The notes: generated by a model from the letters alone, not told the origin. A DNA stretch of 15,071 nucleotides from Trichormus sp. ATA11-4-KO1 (GCA_019358915.1 JAHHIM010000059.1:1-15071); one strand, 5' to 3'; counted from the stretch's first letter, positions 1 through 8,928 are shown. Program-made: numbers and translations.

Positions 1-22
1 CCATTGCAAATAATAATGAGTC

Positions 23-95
23 TGTTTGCAATTAATGTGAGCCAACAATTTTCTTGTTTGCAATTAATGTGAGCCAACAATTTTCTTGTTTGCAA
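23..95. repeat. 32-bp perfect tandem duplication (TGTTTGCAATTAATGTGAGCCAACAATTTTCT x2, plus a 9-bp partial third copy)
   Basis: Identical units at 23-54 and 55-86; TGTTTGCAA again at 87-95; no spacer. Confidence 0.95.
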
Positions 96-195
96 GCCGG
101 AGCGTTTATGTTTGCGAGCCGCAACAGGTATACAGCGAGTTGATTGAAACAGTTCTATCTAGAACATGAAACTATAGCTCTCTACACACAAGGAT

Positions 196-471
196 ATGGC
201 GATGCGTAGACTCGTGAGTTCACCAGATGCCGTTGGCAACTTCACCTTTCCATTTTGGCGTGAGATGACAATCCGCTTCTATCGCAGACGGAATTCAGCG
301 GTAATTCTACCCTGGTTGGTAATTGGATTCAATATTGTTTGGATCATCTGGGAGGTTCAGAGTCAGAACTGGACGATGGAAGCCATTTTACAAGCGTTTT
401 CGCGGCTAATAGTTGTCTTACTGTTTGCAGAAATCATTGTGACTACATGGAAAGTGAATTCTGAACATTAG
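196..471 (+). CDS. Small hypothetical membrane protein (two hydrophobic segments); start may be ATG 265
   Basis: ORF track; hydrophobic stretches AVILPWLVIGFNIVWIIW and LIVVLLFAEIIVTTW; co-oriented with the cluster. Confidence 0.45.
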   Translation: MAMRRLVSSPDAVGNFTFPFWREMTIRFYRRRNSAVILPWLVIGFNIVWIIWEVQSQNWTMEAILQAFSRLIVVLLFAEIIVTTWKVNSEH

Positions 472-514
472 TGTCTAAATCGGAATTTGACAAATCATTG
501 TAAGAATTTGGAAG

Positions 515-547
515 AAGTTGAGTGTTGGAACTCATTACACTCAACTT
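515..547. promoter_or_regulatory. 11-bp perfect inverted repeat (AAGTTGAGTGT / ACACTCAACTT); operator or RNA hairpin upstream of the Rid gene
   Basis: Arms 515-525 and 537-547 with an 11-nt loop; no U-tract. Confidence 0.45.
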
Positions 548-609
548 GGAGTTGGCAAGCTGTCTAAGCAACGCGAGAGATCGTCAAATGTACTTCACCA
601 AAGAACACC

Positions 610-1011
610 ATGAATAAGCCAGAGTTTTTTGTCACCCCCGGTTATGGGGAATACATGCTGAATAACTTGTACTACTCGCAAGCGGTAAAAATCGACAATC
701 GAGTAGAGATATCAGGTCAAGGTGGCTGGGATGACAATCTGCAAATTCCCGAATCGCTCGCAGACGAAATTGCTCAAGCGTTTCGGAACGTCGAGCGCAC
801 CTTAGCGCCGGTGGGTGCGGGTTGGGAACATGTGGTTCACGTTAATTCTTACCATGTTGGCGGGTTCCCCCCGGAGGTTAACGAAGTGATGTCCAAGCTA
901 TTTCGTCATTATATGCCCAACCACGCTCCAATCTGGACACAGGTAGGAGTCGCGGCGCTTGGACTACCCACGATGCGGATTGAAATTCGCGTGACTGCAA
1001 TTGTTCCGTGA
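610..1011 (+). CDS. Rid (RidA/YjgF/YER057c/UK114) family protein, Arg-less type
   Basis: YSQAV, ISGQGG, QAFRNV..TL, 'VVHVNSYH', 'P.WT.VGV..L..P.MRIEI.V.A' match the Rid fold; 133 aa. Confidence 0.9.
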   Translation: MNKPEFFVTPGYGEYMLNNLYYSQAVKIDNRVEISGQGGWDDNLQIPESLADEIAQAFRNVERTLAPVGAGWEHVVHVNSYHVGGFPPEVNEVMSKLFRHYMPNHAPIWTQVGVAALGLPTMRIEIRVTAIVP

Positions 1012-1085
1012 GTTTTGTAAGCGTTAATAACACAATTTATGCTGCTCGAAAACTGGTCTATCACTTAAAAGGAGAACTCAAGAGT

Positions 1086-1631
1086 GTGAATTCACAAACA
1101 GCTCAAACCACCACTAATGCTGACGAGTCGGCAATCCGTGCTTTCCTTCACCAGATGATTGATGCTTGGAATCGAGGTAGCGGGGAAGGCTTTGCTGCCC
1201 CGTTCAGCAAAACTGCCGATTTCCTCACGTTCGAGGGCACGCATCTCAAGGGTCGAAAAGAAATCGCTGCATTTCATCAGCAAGCGTTCGACACGGTTGT
1301 CAAAGGAACACGCTTGGAGGGTGAGGTGAATTTTGTCCGCTTCGTGAACTCGCAACTCGCGCTCATGCACGTAGTTATCAGGGTAATACTACCCGGACAA
1401 ACTGAAACTTCACCTTCACGAGATTCGCTGCCGCTATACGTCGTAACGAAATGCGACGAAGGTTGGCAGATCGAAGGGTTGCTCAATACCCGGAAGTTAA
1501 CGCTAGAACGTCAATTCTTCTTAGACGACCTTGACTCCCTGAGTGCAGAGGCTCAACGTCAAGTAACCGACCTCGTTGCAGGTCTCAAAGCTAGTGGAGT
1601 AATCACTCCGACGCAAATTGATGCGAAATAA
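1086..1631 (+). CDS. SgcJ/EcaC-family (NTF2/SnoaL-like, DUF4440) protein
   Basis: 'DE.AIRA......DAWN.G....FAA.F...ADF..F.G..LKGR.EI...H...F' motif; start moved from 1008 to in-frame GTG 1086 because AAAAGGAG RBS lies at 1067-1074. Confidence 0.85.
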   Translation: MNSQTAQTTTNADESAIRAFLHQMIDAWNRGSGEGFAAPFSKTADFLTFEGTHLKGRKEIAAFHQQAFDTVVKGTRLEGEVNFVRFVNSQLALMHVVIRVILPGQTETSPSRDSLPLYVVTKCDEGWQIEGLLNTRKLTLERQFFLDDLDSLSAEAQRQVTDLVAGLKASGVITPTQIDAK

Positions 1632-1657
1632 AACCAATCTCCATCAGGAGGACAATC

Positions 1658-2077
1658 ATGAAACCTCAACTCATTTTCGGAGTACTAACGATCGCAACAG
1701 GATTGCTCGGAGGTTCATTCACTCATCCCGCGATCGCACAGCGCATTCCTCCACAACAAACCTCCTCCATTCTGATCGCCACTGCCTACACTGATTTAAC
1801 CTTACCTACCTTGCGCCAAGGCGATCGCGGCAGAAACGTGCAATTGTTACAGCGCATTCTTCAAGACAATGGCTTTTTAGGAGCCGCAGGTGTGAGGTTA
1901 GGCAATCCAAGAGGGGCGATCGTCGATGGCATCTTTGGTGCGGTCACAACGTCTGCGGTACGCGATCTCCAGAGACGATACAAAATCCCAGTTACAGGGC
2001 GAGTCAATCCAACCACCTGGGAAGTCCTGGATATGCACGAAAACCCCTATCGATCGCCGCTTCCCTGGAAACAATAG
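1658..2077 (+). CDS. Exported peptidoglycan-binding domain protein (PG_binding_1)
   Basis: Signal peptide ending AIA-Q; 'LRQGDRG.NV..LQ..L...GF....VDGIFG..T..AV..LQ........G.V...TW..L'; RBS AGGAGG upstream. Confidence 0.9.
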   Translation: MKPQLIFGVLTIATGLLGGSFTHPAIAQRIPPQQTSSILIATAYTDLTLPTLRQGDRGRNVQLLQRILQDNGFLGAAGVRLGNPRGAIVDGIFGAVTTSAVRDLQRRYKIPVTGRVNPTTWEVLDMHENPYRSPLPWKQ

Positions 2078-2112
2078 AACATTACACAACCACAAGCCAC
2101 AGGAAATTTCTC

Positions 2113-2400
2113 ATGAACCGAAAGATTCTTTCAACCAAAATCACAACTACAATCGCAATCACAATTCTGTTTGGCATACTCCTACTGTTCAATTTTCCAT
2201 CCCTGGCTCAAGTCAGTTCACAAGTGATTCCCAGAATCGAAGTGATCGAAGGTTCTGAAGGGATTCCACCCAGCTATCGTTTGGTCATCAGCTTGTCGCA
2301 GGACAATGTTTATGTCTTCTGTCCGACTGGCTTCGAGCCACAGTTGAACTATCTGCGAAATGTGAAGGCGATTCAATGTAAGCCGTTTACCAGTCCCTAG
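2113..2400 (+). CDS. Small exported hypothetical protein with a Cys pair (CPTG...IQC)
   Basis: Signal-peptide-like N-terminus ending SLA-Q; AGGA upstream; operon spacing. Confidence 0.65.
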   Translation: MNRKILSTKITTTIAITILFGILLLFNFPSLAQVSSQVIPRIEVIEGSEGIPPSYRLVISLSQDNVYVFCPTGFEPQLNYLRNVKAIQCKPFTSP

Positions 2401-2472
2401 AAGTAAACCAGTGAGGGGCAACAGCATAACAACTCACACCACTTTTTTGCTTTGAACAGAGGAGAGATTCAG

Positions 2473-2522
2473 ATGTCAGAGAACAATAAAGCAATTTTAG
2501 AAGCGGCAAACGCGGCGATCGC
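2473..2522 (+). pseudogene. 5' stub of an NTF2/SnoaL-like gene ([17 protein letters not shown]...)
   Basis: RBS AGAGGAG upstream of ATG 2473; N-terminal helix resembles SnoaL-like proteins; ends at HIP1 2515-2522. Confidence 0.6.
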
Positions 2523-2926
2523 CAACATTCGCGGCGGCTCCGAATATGGCAAGGCAAGGCACGAAGCAGGTCGTCGTCAGAACAAGCAGAACGTCTTCGA
2601 CGATTTCATCGCAGCAGGCGAGTACCTGAAGGCGCAGGGAATCACGCCACAAGACGGCTTGGCGATTCAGGGTGAATCGAATGGCGGACTCCTGATCGGC
2701 GCAGTGGTCAATCAGCGACCGGATCTGTTCGCCGCCGCGCTGCCCCACCCCAGGTCGGGGTCATGGACATGCTCCGCTTCGATCAATTCACGAGCGGGAA
2801 AATATGGGTAGACGAGTTTGGGTCTCCGGCACAGGAAGCGTATTTCCGTAACTTCTTGAACTATTCGCCCTATCACAATATTGGATCTGGCAAGGCATAT
2901 CCCGCGATTCTCGCCACCACTGCCGA
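2515..2926 (+). pseudogene. Internal fragment of a prolyl oligopeptidase (S9A), frameshifted and truncated at both ends
   Basis: [21 protein letters not shown], nucleophile motif [16 protein letters not shown], then after a frameshift [24 protein letters not shown]; catalytic Asp/His region absent. Confidence 0.9.
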
Positions 2927-2937
2927 GGTTGGCTTCT

Positions 2938-3028
2938 GGGTGTGGGGAATTAAGAAGATGTTGAACTCCTTCGCGCAATCCAAATTAAATTGTCTTAAAC
3001 ACTACACCCTACCCCCTACACCCTGCCC
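2938..3028. repeat. STRR-armed (CCCTACA / TGTAGGG heptamer) hairpin repeat element remnant
   Basis: GGGTGTGGGGAATTAAGA ... TCTTAAACACTACACCCTACCCCCTACACCCT imperfect inverted arms. Confidence 0.55.
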
Positions 3029-3157
3029 TGACGACATTTCATCTTTTGTTAGTGCCATTCCGCACTAAGTCCATCTCGCAACAGCTTACGCCATAAGCTA
3101 TTTAGAGCATTCTGCAATTCATCATTCCCAATAACTCAAATTTAGGATCAATAACTC

Positions 3158-3799
3158 ATGTCTACATTCAAGTACAATCGGTTAGACAAAAATAATGCTG
3201 CGGTGCTGCTGGTCGATCACCAAACTGGACTGTTCTCACTTGTGCGTGATATTGGTACAGCCGACTTCAAAAATAATGTGTTAGCACTGGCAAGTGCAGC
3301 CAAGTTTTTTAACCTGCCTACAGTTTTGACAACTAGCTTTGAGGATGGCCCCAATGGTGTCATCATCCCTGAACTGAAAGAGAAGTTTCCCGATGCTCCC
3401 TTTATTCCCCGCCCCGGACAGATCAACGCTTGGGACAACGAGGACTTTGTGAAAGCAGTAGAAGCCACAGGCAAAAAGCAATTAATCATTGCCGGGATTG
3501 TCACCGATGTATGTGTTACTTTTTGTGCGCTTTCGGCATTGGAGGCAGGTTATGACGTTTTTGTTGTCACCGATGCCTCTGGAACCTTTGATGAAGCCTG
3601 TCGCTATGCAGCTTGGGATCGAATGTCTCGTGCTGGAGTTCAATTGGTCAATTGGTTTAGCGTTGTGGGTGAATTGCACCGTGACTGGCGTAACGATATT
3701 GAAGGGCTAGGTAGTCTTTTAGCAGGGTTTATTCCTGACTACAAAAACCTGATGACCAGCTATGCAGCAAACTCAAGTGCTGGATCTCCCAGTAAATAA
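3158..3799 (+). CDS. ycaC: Isochorismatase-family cysteine hydrolase, YcaC type
   Basis: End-to-end resemblance to E. coli YcaC: RLDK..AAVLLVDHQ.GL, TTSFE.GPNG, RPG.INAWDNEDFVKAV, AG..T.VC, ELHRDWRNDIEGL, PDY.NLMTSY. Confidence 0.92.
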   Translation: MSTFKYNRLDKNNAAVLLVDHQTGLFSLVRDIGTADFKNNVLALASAAKFFNLPTVLTTSFEDGPNGVIIPELKEKFPDAPFIPRPGQINAWDNEDFVKAVEATGKKQLIIAGIVTDVCVTFCALSALEAGYDVFVVTDASGTFDEACRYAAWDRMSRAGVQLVNWFSVVGELHRDWRNDIEGLGSLLAGFIPDYKNLMTSYAANSSAGSPSK

Positions 3800-3841
3800 T
3801 GAGAAAGTGTCTATTTTAGCTCGTGTGTAACTGAGTTGGTA

Positions 3842-3888
3842 TTGTCATCGCTAGGTTATCAACTTTACTTGAAACATAGCGGTGACAA
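3842..3888. terminator. Long imperfect hairpin between ycaC and the porin gene (terminator or mRNA-processing/stabilising stem)
   Basis: TTGTCATCGCTAGGTTATCAA pairs with TTGAAACATAGCGGTGACAA. Confidence 0.5.
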
Positions 3889-3945
3889 CTACTTCTTGGT
3901 AAAAAATTGCCGAACAATCTGGTGTCTCTAAGGTGGTTGTTCTCA

Positions 3946-5502
3946 ATGAAACTTTTTTCTCAATTAATTCTCTCGTCATCTCTGATCTTTGGAGTATGCC
4001 TTACTCAGCAATGCCTTTCTAGGTCTGCTACTGCCGAAGATACGTTGCCCGAGCAAGTCACATCTGTGAATCAGCTTACTGATGTGCAGCCTACAGATTG
4101 GGCATTTCAAGCATTACAAGCATTAGTTGATCGCTACGACTGCATTGTTGGTTATCCCGATCAAAAATTTCAAGGCAATCGCTCAATCACTCGCTATGAA
4201 TTTGCTGTCGGGTTGAATGCTTGTCTCGCTCGGCTCAATCAGCTACTAGAAAGTACGACAGCAGATGTGATTAAGAGAGAAGATTTACAAACTTTGCAAA
4301 GACTTCAAAAGGAATTTACAGCAGAACTCTCAATATTGCGTGGACGGGTAGATTCCTTAGCAACACGCACAGATCAATTCGAGTCTCAGCAATTCTCGAC
4401 GACGACAAAATTTACTGGAGAAGTAGTTTTTGCGGTGAGTGGTGCATTTGGCGATGATAAAGCTGTACCAGCAGGAGAAACACCTGGCTCCAGGGGTAAG
4501 GTCGGTGATAATATCATTTTTAGCGATCGCGTGCGGTTGATATTTAACACCAGTTTTACGGGGCAAGATTTACTGAGAATTCGATTTCAGGCTGGCAATA
4601 TTCCCAACTTTAGGGACGCCACAGGCACGAATATGGCTCGTCTCAGTTTTGATAGTGATACAGGCAATCAGTTAATTCTCAATCAACTCTATTATCAATT
4701 TCCCATCGGGTCTGCTGCTAAAGTGACTGCGATCGCTCAAGGTACGTTATTTGATGTGGTCGATACCATTAACCCTCTATTGGGAAGTGATGGTAGAGGT
4801 TCTATCTCCGCATTGGGGATTCGCAGCCCCATCTACCGTGAAGAAACAGGTGGGACAGGCATTGGTATTAGTTATAACTTCAACTCAGCCATCAATTTGG
4901 CAATGGTTTATCTTGCTAGTGAAGCCAACAACCCTACTGCGGGTTCTGGATTATTTGATGGTTCTTACTCTGCCCTAGCACAACTGACGTTAAAACCCAC
5001 GAAATCCTTAAGTTTTGGCTTAACCTATGCTCGTTCTTTGAATGCGATCGATATCAGTACAAGTAGTACCATTACCAATGACCCCTTCAATGGAGCCAGT
5101 CAAAACATTGTTGGGAATAGCTATAGTCTTGCAGCTTCCTGGCTCGTCAACCCTACTTTCAGATTAGGGGGCTGGGTAGGATATCTCCAAGCATCGGCAA
5201 AAGATATCCCCAATGATCCCAGCGCTGAGATTTTTTACTATGCTGTTAATTTTGGATTCCCAGATTTGGGCAAGGAAGGCAACCTATTGGGCTTTGTCTT
5301 TGGACAACCCCCCAAAGTGATCAGCAATGAGTTTGGGGTAGTAGATCGCAACACTTCATTGCATTTTGAAGCCTTATATCGATTGCAAGTGAACGATAAT
5401 TTCTCAATTACTCCTGGTGCGATCGTCATTATTAACCCTGATCACAACAGCAATAATGACACAATTTTTGTTGGCACAATTCGGACGACGTTTCAGTTTT
5501 AG
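3946..5502 (+). CDS. Cyanobacterial outer-membrane porin (SLH domain + coiled coil + OprB-like beta-barrel; 'iron uptake porin'/SomA-like family)
   Basis: Signal peptide; QVTSV.QL.DVQPTDWAFQALQ.LV.RY.CI.GYPD; TRYEFA.GLNACL; QFSTTTK..GEV.FA; terminal RTTFQF. ATG 3946 preferred over TTG 3907. Confidence 0.93.
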   Translation: MKLFSQLILSSSLIFGVCLTQQCLSRSATAEDTLPEQVTSVNQLTDVQPTDWAFQALQALVDRYDCIVGYPDQKFQGNRSITRYEFAVGLNACLARLNQLLESTTADVIKREDLQTLQRLQKEFTAELSILRGRVDSLATRTDQFESQQFSTTTKFTGEVVFAVSGAFGDDKAVPAGETPGSRGKVGDNIIFSDRVRLIFNTSFTGQDLLRIRFQAGNIPNFRDATGTNMARLSFDSDTGNQLILNQLYYQFPIGSAAKVTAIAQGTLFDVVDTINPLLGSDGRGSISALGIRSPIYREETGGTGIGISYNFNSAINLAMVYLASEANNPTAGSGLFDGSYSALAQLTLKPTKSLSFGLTYARSLNAIDISTSSTITNDPFNGASQNIVGNSYSLAASWLVNPTFRLGGWVGYLQASAKDIPNDPSAEIFYYAVNFGFPDLGKEGNLLGFVFGQPPKVISNEFGVVDRNTSLHFEALYRLQVNDNFSITPGAIVIINPDHNSNNDTIFVGTIRTTFQF

Positions 5503-5664
5503 GGCCCGTACAGGCAAGGTAAGAGCCGTTTTTCTTTTTTAAACATCAAATTACTCATAACGTTAAATTTTATGTTGGATGAACCATCGGCGATTAACAC
5601 CAGTGAAGAAAATTATTTAGTCACAGCTGTGATCTGTCATGTAGTAAGACCGGGGAGAGAGCAA

Positions 5665-5702
5665 GGGGTCATCGTGCCAAAACGGGAAAATTGTACGCTA
5701 AG
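5665..5702 (+). repeat. Tn3 left terminal inverted repeat GGGGTCATCGTGCCAAAACGGGAAAATTGTACGCTAAG
   Basis: Canonical Tn3 pattern GGGG...ACGCTAAG, 38 bp. Confidence 0.95.
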
Positions 5703-5810
5703 GAATTAATCAAGTTATTGAAAAGCTTATCAAGACTAGCTTACAGCCTGTGAGATTTTTCAAAAATGATTTATGTCGTGGGTGGGAAGCAATGTCGGGC
5801 GAAGATGTTT

Positions 5811-5927
5811 AACATTGCCAAAAACAACCATTAATGGGCAAGTTGATAACGCCTAATAGTGTGGGGAGTTGATTCTAACGTACCTAACTTCATTGCGCCC
5901 AAACATTATTTATGGGCAAGTTGGTAA
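5811..5927. promoter_or_regulatory. Candidate recombination (resolution) site and autoregulatory operator of the tyrosine recombinase
   Basis: 19-bp direct repeats TTAATGGGCAAGTTGATAA (5831-5849) and TTTATGGGCAAGTTGGTAA (5909-5927), each preceded by a partial inverted arm (TTGCCAAAAA; GCCCAAA). Confidence 0.6.
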
Positions 5928-5929
5928 TT

Positions 5930-6514
5930 ATGGTCAGGACTGCTCCACCAAAAAAAGTGAAGAACCTGGAGAAACGCACGCGAGAACATTTGCTGCCCAA
6001 TGAAGTCCAAGCAATGATCAAAGCGGCTCATCAGGTAGGTCGGCACTATTTACGAGATGCAACTCTCATATTACTGGCATACCGTCATGGTCTGCGGATA
6101 TCAGAATTGGTAGCACTGCGATGGTCACAAGTTGATTTTGGCAGTGGCACTATCTATATTAATCGACTCAAAAACGGTGTCAGTGCCACGCATCCATTAC
6201 ATGGGCCGGAATTAAGGGCATTACGACAATTGCAAAGAGAGTATCCAGACTCGCCTTATCTGTTCGTGTCAGAACGCAAAACAGTCATGACAGCTGCAAC
6301 AGCCAGAGGCATCATCTCACGAGCGGGTACTAGAGCGGGACTAACCTTGAGTGTACATCCACATATGTTACGTCATGCTTGCGGATTTTACTTAGCTTCT
6401 CAAGGCTATGACACCAGAGCAATTCAGTCTTATCTAGGGCATAAAAACATTCAGCACACAGTTCATTACACAGAATTATCTCCAGAACGCTTCTCTCATT
6501 TTTGGCAGGATTGA
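5930..6514 (+). CDS. Tyrosine recombinase, FimB/FimE-like (catalytic domain only)
   Basis: HGLRISE (R), RLKNG (K), HPHMLRH (H-x-x-R), LGHKNI (H), HY (Y) all intact; ATG 5930 preferred because ATG 5912 lies in the repeat. Confidence 0.92.
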   Translation: MVRTAPPKKVKNLEKRTREHLLPNEVQAMIKAAHQVGRHYLRDATLILLAYRHGLRISELVALRWSQVDFGSGTIYINRLKNGVSATHPLHGPELRALRQLQREYPDSPYLFVSERKTVMTAATARGIISRAGTRAGLTLSVHPHMLRHACGFYLASQGYDTRAIQSYLGHKNIQHTVHYTELSPERFSHFWQD

Positions 6515-6563
6515 CCAAAAACATAGGGTGAGAATTGCTTAAAAATGAAATTTAAAAACTTGT

Positions 6564-6592
6564 TTCATAGCACCATAAAGTATTAGTATAAT
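6564..6592 (+). promoter_or_regulatory. Possible sigma70 promoter for the zinc-ribbon gene and tnpA
   Basis: TTCATA-17 bp-TATAAT. Confidence 0.35.
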
Positions 6593-6755
6593 CTGACGTG
6601 CGTTTGGCGTAGATAAAACGACAGGGAGTAAAACTCTCACTAAATATTTTGAATATATAGGTTACTAAATTTGACCACTCGCTCTCTTTTGTCGGCTACA
6701 CAAAGATTACAATTTACATCCATCCCATCCGACATTAGCCCTAACTCCTGACTCC

Positions 6756-6908
6756 ATGTGGACTGACTTACGGTCGAAGTATTGCTTTGCTTGCAGTACA
6801 GCTTTACGGAATTGTTGTATTAGTTGCAATGAACCAATTATGTCGCTGAAATTCAAATTTTGTCCTGACTGCGGTACTTCTTACAAACAAAATAAAACTA
6901 CTTTTTAA
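6756..6908 (+). pseudogene. Double-zinc-ribbon ORF (50 aa), probably the C-terminal remnant of an HTH + DZR protein
   Basis: Manual translation MWTDLRSKYCFACSTALRNCCISCNEPIMSLKFKFCPDCGTSYKQNKTTF*; three CxxC motifs; below the ORF-track size cut-off. Confidence 0.75.
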
Positions 6909-6931
6909 AAACAAAATATACAGGTATTTAA

Positions 6932-8928
6932 TTGGCAACGCGCGAACTTTTATCTCCAGCACAGCGACTACAATTTACTGAAATTCCTGATTCTATTACC
7001 ACAAGAGATATAGCTCGGTACTATACTTTTAGTAATTTAGTAGTGTTGCCGAAGCTGAAAAGCTAGCCAGACCCGTAGATTTTGATTATCTTGAATTGCT
7101 TGATAACCGTTATTCACAGTTGCGACGTTACACACCTAAGTTGTTGGAGACGTTTGAATTTAAAGCTACATCTGCCAGTTTCCCAGTGATAAAAGCTTTG
7201 GAGGTAATTAAAGAATTAAATATATCAGGCGGTCGAAAAATGCCGGAATCTGCGGACACTAGTTTAGTTAAACCTCGTTGGTCAAAACACGTATTTAAAG
7301 GCGATACTATTGACCGTCACTACTATGAGATGTGTGCTTTAACTGAGTTACGCAATGGTTTGCGTTCTGGGGATATTTGGGTAGCAGGATCGAAGCAGTT
7401 TCAGGATTTTGAGGATTATTTGTTGGCAGATAGCGCATGGCAGTCAATGCGTTCTTCTCAAACGATACCTGTGGCAATAACGACGGATTTTAATACCTAT
7501 ATTCAACAACGCTCATTTGAATTAACGTCACAATTATCACTGGTTTCTTCTTTAATTGCAGAGAATAAACTGGTAGATGTCAGGTTAGAAAATGAGCAGT
7601 TAATTATCACTCCTCTCACCAATGCTGTCCCGAAGGAGGTTGATAGATTCAGTAGAAAGGTTCATAGTTTACTACCCAGAATTAAGTTGACTGATTTGTT
7701 AGTAGAAGTGGATTCCTGGACACAATTTACTAAGCATTTTACGCATTTACATTCCGGCGAACAAGTATCCGATAAAGTTGTTTTGTTAAGTGCCTTGCTT
7801 GCTGATGGTATTAATTTAGGTTTAACGCGGATGGCTGACGCAATTCAAGGAATGTCCTTTGAGCGTTTAGCATGGGTAGCAGATTGGTATATTCGAGATG
7901 AAACTTATTCCAAGGCTTTAGCAGAGGTCGTGAATTTTCACGCACAGATACCGTTTGCTGCTTATTGGGGCGATGGGACAACATCTTCTTCTGATGGTCA
8001 ACGGTTTAAAGCAGGTGGACATCGCAGTTTCAATGAAGAGATCAATGCCAAGTATGGTAAAGATAGAAGCGTGATTTTTTACACGCACATTTCTGACCAG
8101 TATGCTCCATTTCACGTTAAGGTAATTAACGCCACAATTAGGGATGCAACTTACGTTTTGGATGGTTTGTTATATCACGAGAGTGATTTACAGATTCAAG
8201 AGCATTATACTGATACAAGCGGCTACACTGAGCATGTGTTTGCGATGTGCCATTTATTAGGGTTTAGATTTGCACCCCGAATGCGAGATTTACCTGATAA
8301 AAAATTGTCTACTTTTGAACCTATTTCCTCTGATTCGGTTTTAACACCCCTGCTAGGTGACAAGATTAATGTGAAGTTGATTCAGGAGTCTTGGGATGAG
8401 ATTCTACGCCTTGCTAGTTCAATTCGGACGGGGACAGTGACAGCTTCTTTGATGTTGAGAAAATTGGCTTCCTATCCTCGGCAGAATCGTTTAGCTTTAG
8501 CTTTGCGGGAGTTGGGAAAAATTGAGCGGACTTTGTTTACTCTCTCCTGGTTGCAGAGTCCAGAACTCCGGCGACGGGCGACGGCGGGCTTAAACAAGGG
8601 GGAGGCGAAACATACCCTCAAAAGAGCGGTATTTTTTAATCGTTTGGGGGAAGTACGCGATCGCTCTTACGAAGATCAGTTTTATCGGGCTAGTGGGTTG
8701 AATTTGATCATTGCGGCTATTGTTCTTTGGAATACCGTGTACTTAGAAAAAGCTGTGGATTATTTGAAGGAACAGGGAATGGATATTCCTGAAGAACACC
8801 TACAACATTTGTCACCGTTGGGGTGGGAGCATATCAATCTCACTGGCGATTATGTCTGGAATTTGAAACAGGCGACCAGTTTTGACAAATTGCGTCCTTT
8901 GCGGGTTAAGGAAAATAAGTATCGCTGA
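6932..8928 (+). pseudogene. tnpA: Tn3-family transposase TnpA with a large internal deletion and frameshift near 7035
   Basis: TTG 6932 gives the typical TnpA start MATRELLSPAQRLQFTEIP...IARYYTFS, then a jump to another frame (..VAEAEKLARPVDFDYLELL). The 7096-8928 ORF holds the DDE core (SSSDGQ, HYTDTSGY, LNKGE) and HLSPLGWEHINLTGDY, but is 610 aa versus ~1000 for intact TnpA. Confidence 0.92.

Noticed and set aside
23..95. Possible CRISPR array
   Set aside because: The units are directly adjacent with no unique spacers, and no cas genes are present
1008..1085. N-terminal extension of the SgcJ-like ORF overlapping the Rid stop
   Set aside because: A strong RBS precedes the in-frame GTG at 1086
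2452..3068. ORFs 2452-2811 and 2763-3068 as two real proteins
   Set aside because: They are pieces of one chimeric, frameshifted pseudogene; their tails are out-of-frame or repeat-derived
5930..6514. Assigning the symbol fimB/fimE or xerC, or calling an integron
   Set aside because: There is no fimbrial operon, no XerC N-terminal domain, no IntI insertion and no attC array; the gene sits inside Tn3 IRs
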